Source of the DNA: Leucoraja ocellata
Lineage: Eukaryota
Reading direction: 5' to 3'
NCBI GenBank assembly: GCA_036785375.1
Contig: JAWMAR010000193.1
Coordinates: 2,232,001 to 2,296,000 of the forward strand
Length of the DNA stretch: 64,000 nt
In this document: positions 51,055-62,884 of the stretch, in pieces
How the letters are laid out: every line of letters begins with the position of its first letter
Position numbering within the stretch: position 1 is the stretch's first letter
Made by a program: the position numbers and the translations under genes
The notes under the pieces: generated by a model
Databases searched by the model: none
Told to the model about the DNA's origin: nothing
What the model saw: only the letters and a program-made list of their open reading frames with translations

Positions 51055-51915
51055 TATAGATGGTGACAGCACAGGAACAGGCCCTTCAGTACATTCTGCC
51101 TGTGCCAACCACCACACCAAAATAAAGAAATCCCATCGGCCTACACATAACTCGCCCTCTTGTATTTGACATTTCCACCCCAGGGAAAAAACTGACAGTC
51201 TACTTTATCCAGTCTTCGTAATCTTATGAATTTCAATCAGGTCTTTCACCCTCTGAGGCTCCAGAAAAAAACCAATCCACATTTGTCTGACGTCCCCTTA
51301 TAACTAATCTTGTCTAATACAGGCAGCAATTTGGTGAAATTGCTCTGCAACTTCCGTAAAGTCTCCATATCATTCCTGTACTGTAACCATAACTGCAATC
51401 AGTACTCTAGATGTGACCTAACTAAAGTTTTATATTGCTGCAACATGACTTTACAACTTTATGTTACTCTATGCCCCAAATGATGAAGGCAACCATGCTG
51501 TTGGTCTTCTTTACCGCCCTATCTCATGTGTTGTCACTTTTAGAGAACTATAGATATGCACCCCAAGATCTACCGTATCTATGCATCGATGGTCCTAACT
51601 TTCTCTGCCATTTACTCTGTACATCCACCTTACATTTAACCTCCCAAAGTGCAACATTTCACACTCGCCAGGATTAAACTCAATCTTTGTTTTCTCTGCC
51701 TATGCCTCCAACTGATCTAAAGCCAGATGAATCCTTTGGCAACCTTGTTTGCTATCTCAAATCCAATCAATTTTTGTGTTGTCCACAAACTTAATAATCA
51801 GGCCAGGTACATTGTTGACCGAGTCATTTATATATGCCACAATCAGGACATGGTTCCAACATTGATCTCTGTGGAACATCGCTGGTCACCAATCCCAGTC
51901 ACCCTTGCACCTCTT
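51055..51915 (-). mobile_element. Old CR1 RT/3' fragment
   Basis: acagcacaggaacaggcccttcag tail and diverged antisense RT sequence. Confidence 0.65.
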
Positions 51916-52136
51916 CTATAGTATATTGTCATAGGCATTAAAAAACCTCCACCATGTCAGTGTAAATAAAGTTCGCACTTTTAATTCAACATTCAAGTAA
52001 TGATTAGTCATTGTGCATCAACATATAGGCCCAAGATTTACAAGTCTTACATACACAGTGCACTACAGATAGTGATGCATTACAAATCATGGCCCAGTGA
52101 TGAACTGATTGGTTCCCAATTACAATACTGTTTTAG

Positions 52137-54010
52137 AAACATAGAAATTAGGTGCAGGAGTAGGCCATTCGGCCCTTCGAGCCTGCACCGCCATTCAATA
52201 TGATCATGGCTGATCATCCAACTCAGTATCCCGTACCTGCCTTCTCTCCATACCCCCTGATCCCCTTAGCCACAAGGGCCACATCTAACTCCCTCTTAAA
52301 TATAGCCAATGAACTGGCCTCAACTACCCTCTGTGGCAGAGAGTTCCAGAGATTCACCACTCTCTGCGTGAAAAAAGTTCTTCTCATCTCGGTTTTAAAG
52401 GATTTCCCCTTTATCCTTAAGCTGTGACCCCTTGTCCTGGACTTCCCTAACATCGGGAACAATCTTCCTGCATCTAGCCTGTCCAACCCCTTAAGAATTT
52501 TGTAAGTTTCTATAAGATCCCCTCTCAATCTTCTAAATTCTAGAGAGTATAAACCAAGTCTATCCAGTCTTTCTTCATAAGACAGTCCTGATATCCCAGG
52601 AACCGTCTCTGCACTCCCTCTATGGCAATAATGTCCTTCCTCAGATTTGGAGACCAAAACTGTACGCAATACTCCAGGTGTGGTCTCACCAAGACCCTGT
52701 ACAACTGCAGTAGAACCTCTCTGCTCCTATACTCAAATCTTTTTGCAATGAAAGCTAACATACCATTCGCTTTCTTTACTGCCTGCTGCAACTGCATGCC
52801 TACCTTCAATGACTGGTGTACCATGACACCCAGGTCTCGCTGCATCTCCCCCTTTCCCAATCGGCCACCATTTAGATAATAGTCTGCTTTCCTGTTTTTG
52901 CCACCAAAATGGATAACCTCACATTTATCCACATTATACTGAATCTGCCAAACATTTGCCCACTCACCCAGCCTATCCAAGTCACCCTGAAGTCTCCTAG
53001 CATCCTCCTCACAGCTAACACTGCCCCCCAGCTTAGTGTCATCTGCAAACTTGGAGATATTGCCTTCAATTCCCTCATCCAGATCATTAATATATATTGT
53101 AAATAGCTGGGGTCCCAGTACTGAGCCTTGGGGTACCCCACTAGTCACTGCCTGCCATTGTGAAAAGGACCCGCTTACTCCTACTCTTTGCTTCCTGTTT
53201 GCCAGCCAGTTCTCTATCCACATCAATACTGAACCCCCAATGTCTTGTGCTTTATGTTTGTATACTAATCTCTTATGTGGGACCTTGTCGAAAGCCTTCT
53301 GGAAGTCCAGATACACCACATCCACTGGTTCTCCCCTATCCACGCTACTAGTTACATCCTCGAAAAATTCTATAAGATTCGTCAGACATGATTTACCTTT
53401 CGTAAATCCATGCTGACTTTGTCCAATGATTTCACCACTTTCCAAATGTGCTGCTATCCCATCTTTAATAACTGACTCTAGCAGTTTCCCCACTACCGAT
53501 GTTAGACTAACTGGTCTGTAATTCCCCATTTTCTCTCTCCCTCCCTTCTTAAAAAGTGGGGTTACATTTGCTACCCGCCAATCTTCAGGAACTACTCCAG
53601 AATCTAAAGAGTTTTGAAAGATTATTACTAATGCATCCACTATTTCTGGAGCTACTTCCTTAAGTACTCTGGGATGCAGCCTATCTGGCCCTGGGGATTT
53701 ATCGGCCTTTAATCCATTCAATTTACCCAACACCACTTCCCGGCTAACCTGGATTTCACTCAATTCCTCCAACTCCTTTGACCCGCGGTCCCCTGCTATT
53801 TCCGGCAAATTATTTATGTCTTCCTTAGTGAAGACGGAACCAAAGTAGTTATTCAATTGGTTCGCCATATCCTTGTTCCCCATGATCAACTCACCTGTTT
53901 CTGATTGCAAGGGACCTACATTTGTTTTAACTAATCTCTTTCTTTTCACATATCTATAAAAACTTTTGCAGTCAGTTTTTATGTTCCCTGCCAGTTTTCT
54001 TTCATAATCA
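52137..54010 (-). mobile_element. Young 5'-truncated CR1/HER1 LINE (RT domain)
   Basis: ORF 52540-54060 with KSPGPD, DFQKAFD, PQGSVLGP and FADD, and one 14-bp frameshifting deletion. The 3' 500 bp is nearly identical to 46401-46920. Confidence 0.95.
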
Positions 54011-54029
54011 TTTAGTTTGTGTCTTAACA

Positions 54030-54441
54030 CACGGGTAAACTGCTCCCCCCACCCCCACATCTGACCTGTGCCCCACCTAGACTTGCACCTATTTTCCCAT
54101 CTCCCTCTCCTTCCATCAACATTCCATCCTTTAGCTTCACAATTCGCAACTCTTTATTCCTATTGCCTCACACCTTCTGTGTCTTCATCTCTGGCCTTTG
54201 TCCAACCATCTGGCAACCCTCACCCCCACACCACCAGCTTACTTGTATCAACCCACAACCTACCAGGCTTTATCTTGACCCTCTTCTGGCTTTTCCCCCC
54301 TCCCCCACAATCAGTCTAAAGAAAAGTCCCAAACAGAAAAGTCACCTATCCATGTTCTCCAGACAAGCTATCTGACTGGCTGAGTTACTCCAGCACTTTG
54401 TCTTTTTTGGTATACCAACATCTGCAGTTCTTTGTTTCTAC
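54030..54441 (+). mobile_element. Penelope 3'/terminal repeat with decayed hammerhead
   Basis: Pyrimidine-rich 3' region, then cagtctaaagaaaagtcccaaacagaaaagtcacc...tgagttactccagcactttg...catctgcagttc. Confidence 0.7.
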
Positions 54442-54470
54442 GTAAAACTTTTACGCCAAAGTATCTTCTT

Positions 54471-54782
54471 GCACAGTAGTGCAGCGTTAGTGTTGTTGAC
54501 TTACAGCGCCAGAGAGCCGGGTTTGATCCTGACTATGGCTGCTGTCTTTACGGAGTTTGTAAGTTCTCCCTGTGACCCCATGAGTTTTCCCCAGGTGCTC
54601 TGGTTTCATCCCACACTCCAAAGAGGCACAGGTTTGTAGATTAATTGGCTTTGGCAAAGACTGTAAATTGTCCCTAATGTGCAGGGTAGTACTAAGGTAT
54701 GGGGATTGCTGATCGGCACGGACTCGGTGGTCCGTAGGGCCTGTTTCCATGCATTATCTCTAAACTAAGCTAAATTAAACTG
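54471..54782 (+). mobile_element. HE1-type V-SINE
   Basis: cttacagcgccagagagccgggtttgatcctg...gggcctgtttcc..tctctaaactaa. Confidence 0.88.
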
Positions 54783-56605
54783 ATATTAATTTTCCTTTAA
54801 CAACTAGCATTTTAAAAACAATACTTGATCATAATCACACTATAAATTGTTGGATATAGTTTGACTGCTGCAGTGCTAATTTGCAAGTGCAACTGCACTC
54901 AATATTAGTTAATTTACTTTGAAGCATGTTGAGAAGTCCTGAGGCTGCCCAAGGGAAGTTCAAATTCGGGAAAGATGATAGACATATCACTGAAATCACC
55001 ATGGCTAAAAGAATCCAGCTTTCCCAAAGTGAACACGCAATCCCTTGCCAGGATGAAGAAAGTACGTAACCTGAACTAATATCAGACTGCTGGAGGAACT
55101 CTGCGGTCTGGCAGCATCGTGTTGAGGGAAATGGACAGACGACACTTCAAGTCAAGACCCTTCTTCGGACTCTAAGTGTATCCAAGTACATTACCTGATT
55201 CCAGGCTCACTTATGAAGTTTAGTGTAGCTTCTGCTGATTTTTAATAGTGAACGCACCAGCTTTGATTCTGTTTCTTTGGATCAGATGCAATTAGCAGTG
55301 CTATTTATAGGCGAGATATTTTTCTCCTTGATGGAACAACATGACGATATAGGTTTACCACATCAAATGCAAATACATTGGACAGACAACATAACAAATC
55401 AAACAATCAATCAAATCTGCCTCGTAGATCCCTTTTCCACTTTTAGTTATTAGGAGAAGCCATTTGTAATTGCAGCTTGTATAAATTGGCGTCTATGGTA
55501 ACAGCATATGGAAGAAAGTTTAAAGCACCATTCAGATGAATCATTCCACAGTTTGTAGATCACTTCTGGGCTGTTCCTTCGCAGAAAAAGCTCGTGTAAA
55601 TAGATTCAGCAGTTCTGATTCTGGAGAGAAATGGAGTCAGATAAGTGAGGCTGAAGTCAATCAGAAAGGTGCGAGCTTTGCAGGTCTAATGGCACATTCC
55701 AAAAACTTTTTATGCTCTTATCGTCGTACTTCTCTACATATATTTGCTTGAGTGAGCAATTTTAAATTTCCTCTGAAATCTTAACATACCAAGGGACATT
55801 TGATGATAGCCTTTACCAACACCTTTTATAAAGGTGTGACACAAATGGAGTCTGGTGTTTTTGTAGGTGGCACAGTCCATGTGGAGAAGCTGTGATGGGG
55901 GATGTGCAAGGCTCTGGATTTAGTCCTTTGAGTCTGTATAAACACATTTGACTCTCCAAGCACTTTGATGGTTTAATGCATCTGTTGATAATGTGTTTAA
56001 ATTTGTTGGCAGTCTAAAGAAACTACACCCCACTGGTACACTGGCATTTTGTTTTTTAATAGAACTTGGATTTGTATTCCCGTAATCATTCCAAAAATTA
56101 GAGGGGGAATCTAAACTCTGAATGCATCCAACTGTAGATGCTAATCAACACCAATAACCACAGAAAAAAAGATGTAAGGCTTCAGAGAAGAATTACTGGC
56201 AATCAAGAAATGCAGTAAAGATTTCTTTTTTGTGTTGCCCTATATTCACAAAGACAAAAGGGTGTTCAAAATGTGCTTTTGTTATTAAATGAGTGTTTAT
56301 ATTATCAAATAGCTTATCGTGTGTTTAATATGCCCTTGTTTCTGGCTATGTGTTAAATCACCTTCCTACACAGCTCAATGGATAGTCAATGAAGATTACC
56401 GTGGACTGGCACTGTGTAATGTCACAATGTTGGATAGTGACACAGTTGTTAACGTTGTATATTTTCTGTGGTTCTCGTTGGGTAACTAGAGAAATCCCAT
56501 TGACTGCAGAACGTTACAGACAATGCTGCTTAAAAAGTGAATGTTATGCAGGGACGTATCTGAAGGAAAGCAAGTAGCTAATATGTAGTCTGCTCTGATA
56601 CCATT

Positions 56606-57025
56606 AGAGTCAAGAGTCAAGAGTGTTTTATTGTCATATGTCCCAGATAGAACAATGAAATTCTTACTTGCAGCAGCACAACAGAATATGTAAACATAGT
56701 ACACTGTAAACAATATAATAAACGAGAGAGAAAATAGTTCAGTATGTGTATATATACATATACTCACAAATACACATATACACAGTATAGATCATATATA
56801 TATACACGCACATACGTACACACAAACAAAAACAATGATAGTATAATAATAATAGTCTATGTAGTTCAGAGCTTATTGGTGGTTGTAATGTTTAATAGCC
56901 GAATGGCTGTAGGGAAGATGCTTTTCCTGAACCTGGACGTTACAGTTTTCAGGCTCTTGTACCTTCTTCCCGATGACAGGGGTAAAATGAGTGTGTGGCC
57001 AGGATGGTGTGGGTCTCTGATTATG
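56606..57025 (-). mobile_element. Rex1/Babar-like LINE 3' end
   Basis: (agagtca)n tail, tttattgtcatatgtcccagatag, and the antisense of LPLSSGRRYKSL. Confidence 0.75.
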
Positions 57026-57381
57026 AATAAATACCTTTTTGAGGCGTTTGCAAACTCAGTTCATTGTGGTTGTGTAATATTAAAGAATTTTAAGACCTAC
57101 TGGAATACTTGGAAAAGACCAGGGAAGCTGATTTTTACCAGGAAATTAGCGCTAGCAGGAGAGTGGGAACATCAGGGTGGATTAGTTGCTTCATCGCATT
57201 AATACAAAGACCAGATCTCTGTGCATTCTGCAAGAACTTAGTGGCCAATGAGCCAATCTAAAACACATGTGTTGTTTTGGCTAAGTTGAAGCCCCTTTAC
57301 TCACTGAGGACTTGATGTCAAAAAAATGGATTAAAGTTGGCAACTAGGTGGTAATCTTCTGCAATAGCTAGGATGATAAGA

Positions 57382-57601
57382 TAGACAAAAATGCTGGAGA
57401 AACTCAGCAGATGAGGCAGCATCTATGGAGCGAAGGAAATTGGCAACGTTTCGGGTCGAGACCCTTCTTCAGACTGAAGAAGGGTCTCGACCCGAAACAT
57501 TGCCTATTTTCTTCGCTCTATAGATGCTGCCTCACCCGTTGAGTTTCTCCAGCATTTTTGTATACCTTCGATTTTCCAGCATCTGAAGTTCCTTCTTAAA
57601 C
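57382..57601. mobile_element. Palindromic Penelope-derived mini-element with back-to-back hammerhead cores
   Basis: 91-bp arms (57382-57472, 57474-57564) around a 1-nt centre, a 3' tail, and ataagata at 57376 and 57602. Confidence 0.9.
57442..57476 (-). ncRNA. Minimal hammerhead ribozyme core
   Basis: Minus strand cagt-CTGAAGA-a-GGGTC tc GACCC-GAAA-CGTT-gcc. The core is intact but helix I is weak. Confidence 0.55.
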
Positions 57602-59322
57602 ATAAGATATCTCAACAAAGCACATTGACAAAATCATGGACTAAGTAACACCTATTTTCCATTACGAGATAACGATAAGCACGATTCTCTGTCTCTATTA
57701 ATATGAGAAACCCTTTGCTAAAGTTGCTAGTGTGTGGGAACATGGTAAGATAACCACTCATGGGATCAGACAAATAAATCATTAGCAAACATGCTGCTAT
57801 AATTGTTCGATTTGTTGCCATGAATAATAATGGTCTTCCAACTATGATCGAATGAATTTTCCAGATACTTATAATCTCTAAATACAGGTGTGATCCAGGA
57901 ATAGTTTCATATTTATGATCTATGATAGCCCTTACAGATGCTTCATCTGGTAGCTCATAAAACAGTTCTAATTAACATTAGAGACATAGTTTGTAGTACA
58001 CTGTAGGGAGCCATTTCAGAGTATTAGCGCAGACAGTGCTGTTTGCTTTGTTTAGACAAGATATAGCTACTGTCAAAACAGATCACTCAAAGATGGACAT
58101 ATTTGGTAATAATAGTGAAGTTTACTTTTAGGGATGAGAACTTGTTAATTACCGACCATCAGTGATGTCATTTCTATATACATTATCTTGAAGAATATGC
58201 GTCTTCAGTTGCCAGTAATGTCCTCTGCAGGCTTTCTTATAGTGCTAGGCAACAGATTATGCCTTATAGGGATAATCTAGTTCAGATGACACTTCAGAAG
58301 AAAGGTAACTGGAGCCTCGCTGCATTATAAGAATTGTTATTGCAGTAATTGCATTGCATTATTACTTCTGCATACTAGATTGTTGTATAAAAAATGTGAA
58401 TTGCAGTTCTACAAAAGAATTATAAACACCATAATGCATTAAATGTAACAGAAGGCAATTTTAATTAATTCTCTAGTATGGCTTATGTTTTTGCTTTAAA
58501 CACAATTTCTCCAGGATAGCAGAAACCTGATTTTTTGCTTTACAACTCAGTTTTCCTGCTGCACTGTAATGGATACCATTTGACAGCCTCATTCTGTGAT
58601 TAAAGCTCATTCAGGGAAAATTTCACAAAATGGCATTAAATCAAAGTACTGAAAGTGCTAAATGGTGCCAAATCACAAATGCTTAATGTTGAACAAGCAA
58701 ATTTGCCTTCCTCTGCTAAAATCTGCATTTCCATTAATTGTTTCCAACTATGTGTAACCTCAGTTAATATTATCACCAGCATTCAAACATAATAGTGTGA
58801 TTTTTTTTCTCTCCAGTTTTATTACCGTTCAAAACCCGTTTGAACGGTAATAATCAGTTCAAAAAATATTCTGCTGCATCTTATTTGCTTTTTCAAACTT
58901 TAATGGTACTGATTTAAAATGGAAACCTGGGGCTCTATCAGCTATTGTGTGGCTGAGCCGACACAGACCACAAGGTCTTGGTTTCAATCTGGCCTGAATT
59001 AGTTAATCCCAGTCTTGACTGCAAGGAGTGTTATAATTACCTTGTTCAAAAGGAAGTTGGCTTGAGTTCCTATTTCTAATTTTTAAACAGTTATCCTTGT
59101 CGGAAGTGTGCATTTACAGACTTCAAGTGAAAAGAGACTCATGTATCCTTGAAACCAAATACCCTGCTGGCATGTTAAGGATCCGTGGTGAAGACATAAA
59201 CTTCTGAGGGTCTTGCCTCAAAACCATGAAGACTTAATGACCCAGAGACACTTCAGCACTTGGAGAGATACATGGCACTAATGTGGATAGGTGTGTTTTG
59301 ATTCGGGATTCTTCATCAGACC

Positions 59323-59683
59323 TCAAAAAGGCTGGCAGCATCATCAAGAACCCACATCATCTTGGCCACACACTCATCTCCCCGCTACCTTCAGGTAGAA
59401 GGTACAGGAGCCTGAAGACTGCAACGTCCAGGTTCAGAAACAGCTTCTTCCCCAAAGCCATCAGGCTATTGAACTCAACTCAAACAAAACTCTGAACATT
59501 AATAGCCCGTTATTAGTTTATTTGCACTCTATCTGTTTTATTTATTCATGTGTTTATACAGTGGTATATGGACACTCTGATCTGTTCTGTATTCATGCCT
59601 TCTATATTCTGTTGTGCTGAAGCAAAGCAAGAATTTCATTGTCCTATCTGGGACACATAACAATAATCTCTCTTGAATCTTGA
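59323..59683 (+). mobile_element. Rex1/Babar-like LINE 3' end
   Basis: KAGSIIKNPHH..LPSGRRYRSLKTATSRFRNSFFPKAIRLLN, (tcttgaa)n tail, and 8-bp TSD atcagacc. Confidence 0.88.
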
Positions 59684-59691
59684 ATCAGACC

Positions 59692-60320
59692 GATGGTAGT
59701 GCCGGGTGGTTGGGGGGGTGGAAAACTGGCAAATAGGTGTAAGCAGGACAAAGCCTGGCAACTGATCAGTGGACGCAGGCGAGGAGGGGTATTGATTGAT
59801 ATATATATAGGTGGATAGAGTCTGGAGATTAACAAATGGGTGACAAAAGGAGACCGAAGAAGGCAGAAAGGAGACAAGGAGACAAAAGGATGTCAGATAG
59901 GAAAAGGAGTTGAAGTGGAGTGAAATGTAAAACCAGAGGGAAGAACATAGGTGTAAGGGGATGGGATAGTGGGAGAAATGGAGCGGTGACACAGAAAATA
60001 GTAGGGGAGGAAACAGAAGGCGGATTGTGGAGTGTTACCTAAAATTGGGCGATAAGCTATCCAAGAGGAATATGAGGTGCTGTTCCTCCATTACTTCAGA
60101 GATGTTGCCAAACCCGTTGAATAACACAAGCACTTTGTGTCTATCTTTGGCATAAACCAGCATTTGCAGTTCTTTGTTCCTCCAGTTTACTTGTGGCCTC
60201 ACTTTGGTAATAGAGGAGGCCCAGGACAGAAAGGTCAGTAAGGGAATGGGAAATCGAGTCAAGATTGAACCATTGAGGTGGTTAGTAACTGGGAAATCCA
60301 GCAGGCCTGGGCGGACTGCG
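59692..60320 (-). mobile_element. Penelope GIY-YIG C-terminus and 3' region
   Basis: Antisense match to 22800-23000 (ggaggcccaggacagaaaggtc; atgaggtgctgttcctcca). Confidence 0.75.
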
Positions 60321-60534
60321 CCTTCAAGCAAAGCTAAATAGCTCATCTATTATTTTAGTTTATAGTCCAAATCATCACACTGATATTTGCTGTATTCATT
60401 GAAATTTGTGCCCATACAACAGTTCATCTTATTATTGTCCCACGTTTATCCCCATGGAGTCCTGGTGGCACGGACAATGCAAAGTGGCAACAGTGAAAGA
60501 CAGTTGACTTGTTGCTTGTGGTGTGATGTATGAA

Positions 60535-60897
60535 ATGAGAGATAATAAATCATGAGAGGAATAAATCAGGTAGATGCACAGAATCTCTTGCCCAGAGTGG
60601 GGGAACCGAGGACCAGAGGACTTAGGTTCAAGGCGAAGGGAAAAGATTTAATAGGAATCTGAGGGGTAACTTTTTCACACAAAGGGTGGTGGGTGTATAG
60701 AACAAACTGCCAGTTGGGGCTGGGACTATACCAACATTTAAGAAACAGTTAGACAGGTACATGGATAGGACAAGTTCGGAGGGATAGGGACCAAACGTAG
60801 GCAGGTAGGACTAGTGTAACTGGGAAATGTTGGCCGGGGTGGGCAAGTTGGGCCGAAGGGCCTGTTACCACAATGTATCACACTGACTATGACTATA
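60535..60897 (+). mobile_element. CR1/HER1 3' end
   Basis: gaggggtaactttttcacacaaagggtggtg...gggccgaagggcctgtt and a (tgacta)n tail. Confidence 0.85.
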
Positions 60898-61424
60898 ATT
60901 AAAGATAAGCATCATCTGAATTCATTTTAGAACAAAGGAATTTAGACTCCTCTTCTGCTCGGAAAGATTTAGAGGCGATCTTACACTGCCTTGAGAATGC
61001 TGGGCGCTTCCCTCTGAACTCCATTGCTTCTTCACAGCACTCCAGGATGCAGTCTTACACTGGGAGGCTGGCTTCCAACCATCGCCATGGCAGCAAAGGG
61101 TCTCCCTTAGTGCACGTGCCTGACTGTGCTGACAAAATGGATTTGACAGCCAGTGAGCCCCTGTCCCCAAGCTCACTGACTGTCAAAGCTGTCACTATCA
61201 TGAACATTTTTGAATACCATTGACACTCAAGATCATTCAAGATCTGTTCAAAAATTCAAAATAATGTTTTTTTTAAATTACTGAAGAAGTAGTACAAAGA
61301 CTAAAAAAAAAACACAAGTGCGCAATTAAAAAAAAAATAAACTCGAATTAAATCAAATAAAAAGCTCAATTTACCTTTCCTCCAGAGGCCAATCAACAGA
61401 GGAATTTCTAAACCTAAATCTTAA

Positions 61425-61972
61425 TGCCCCTGTCCCACTTAGGAAAGCTGAACGGAAACCTCTGGAGACATTGTGCCCCACCCAAGGTTTCCGTGCGGTT
61501 CCTGGCGGTTCCCGGAGGTTTTTGCCAGTCTCTCTAATGGTCGAAAGTGGTTTCCGCTTTTTCTATGTTCCGGCGATTATTTCAAAAAATTCAAAACCGG
61601 CCGCAACAAAAAATAGGTTGCCGTTTTAAAAATCGGTAATTTTTTTGTCAAAGCCGGTTTGTGATGCTAGTTGAAGGTGGTTGCCGGAGGTTGCAGATAC
61701 CTCCGGCAACCACCTGCAACCTCCGGCAACCATCTTCAACTAGCATCGCAACCGGCTTCGACTAAAAAATTACCGATTTTTAAAACGGCAACCTATTTTT
61801 ATTCGCGGCCGTTTTTTAATTTTTTGAAATAATCGCCGGAACATAGAAGAAGCGGAAACCACTTTCGACCATTGGGGAGACTGACAAAAACCTCCGGGAA
61901 CCGCATGGAATCCTTGGGTGGGGCGCAAAGTCTCCAGAGGTTTCCGTTCAGGTTTCCTAAGTGGGACGGGCA
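61425..61972. mobile_element. Fold-back PIF/Harbinger-like MITE
   Basis: ~270-bp inverted arms from tgcccctgtcccact to agtgggacgggca, with TAA TSD. Confidence 0.9.
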
Positions 61973-62454
61973 TAAGGAATCTGTAGAAGTTCCTGCCTCA
62001 CAACTGGATTCACGATGAGAGGTCCATGCAAACCCTCTGCTAAGATAAAGACTGCATTTGGTCTGAGCTCACAAATAGGGTAGTCATAAAGTCATCTGCC
62101 ACGCGTCCAAATAAATTTCTTATTTTCCTACAGCAGCAGAAATCCATTCTGTCCATCGAGTCCAAACCTGCTCTTGGACCTATTTCTGTTCCTTACCTAT
62201 TTTCCTGCAACCTATCCTTCCACATGTCTCCATCAACTCCATCCTGAAATAAATTGACAACAGTTAATAGCAATTTGAAAAATAAATTCGAAAATGTTGG
62301 AAACATTGATCAGATCAGGCAACACGTGGAAAGAGAAGCAGATTTAACGTTTCAGATCAAAGTCCCTTTGCTATGTTCTTAAGAAGTCATCAACCTAAAT
62401 TGCTGATTCTTTTTCTCACTCCAACTAGACTCTCCTGCCACCCATCTATTCCAA

Positions 62455-62610
62455 AGGATAATTTTGGTACCAATTAATCTGCCAGTATATCTTCGGTATG
62501 TGGGAGGAAACTAGAGCACCCAGGAAATCCACATAGTCACGGGAATAGAACTGTAAACACCACACAGACAGTTCCTGAGTTCAGGAGTGAACCTGGATAT
62601 GTGAGGCTAT
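62455..62610 (-). mobile_element. Degraded HE1-type SINE
   Basis: caattaatctgcc..tgtgggaggaaactagagcacccagg..cacacagacag. Confidence 0.6.
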
Positions 62611-62884
62611 CACTTGTGAATCTCAACAAAAAATCTGAACCATTACTGATATCTGTCCCAGAACAATGTTATTCTTCTGGTTAGCCAAAATAACTTTAAA
62701 AGAATAAATAGCTCATCTGTTTTTCAGGTTATAAAGAGATGTATATGTAAGCACTGATTAAAAGAGGAACATATTGCCAAAATATGAGCTGTATGGGAGT
62801 ATTTTAAATTACTTTTGGTATGTAACATCGGTCGTAATATTAAATATCCATTTTAAACCATGTTCTATATTAATGCACATCTAA

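Noticed and set aside
58930-59240. Ancient SINE-like relic
   Set aside because: There is only a faint B-box-like resemblance, too diverged to assign without a profile search.
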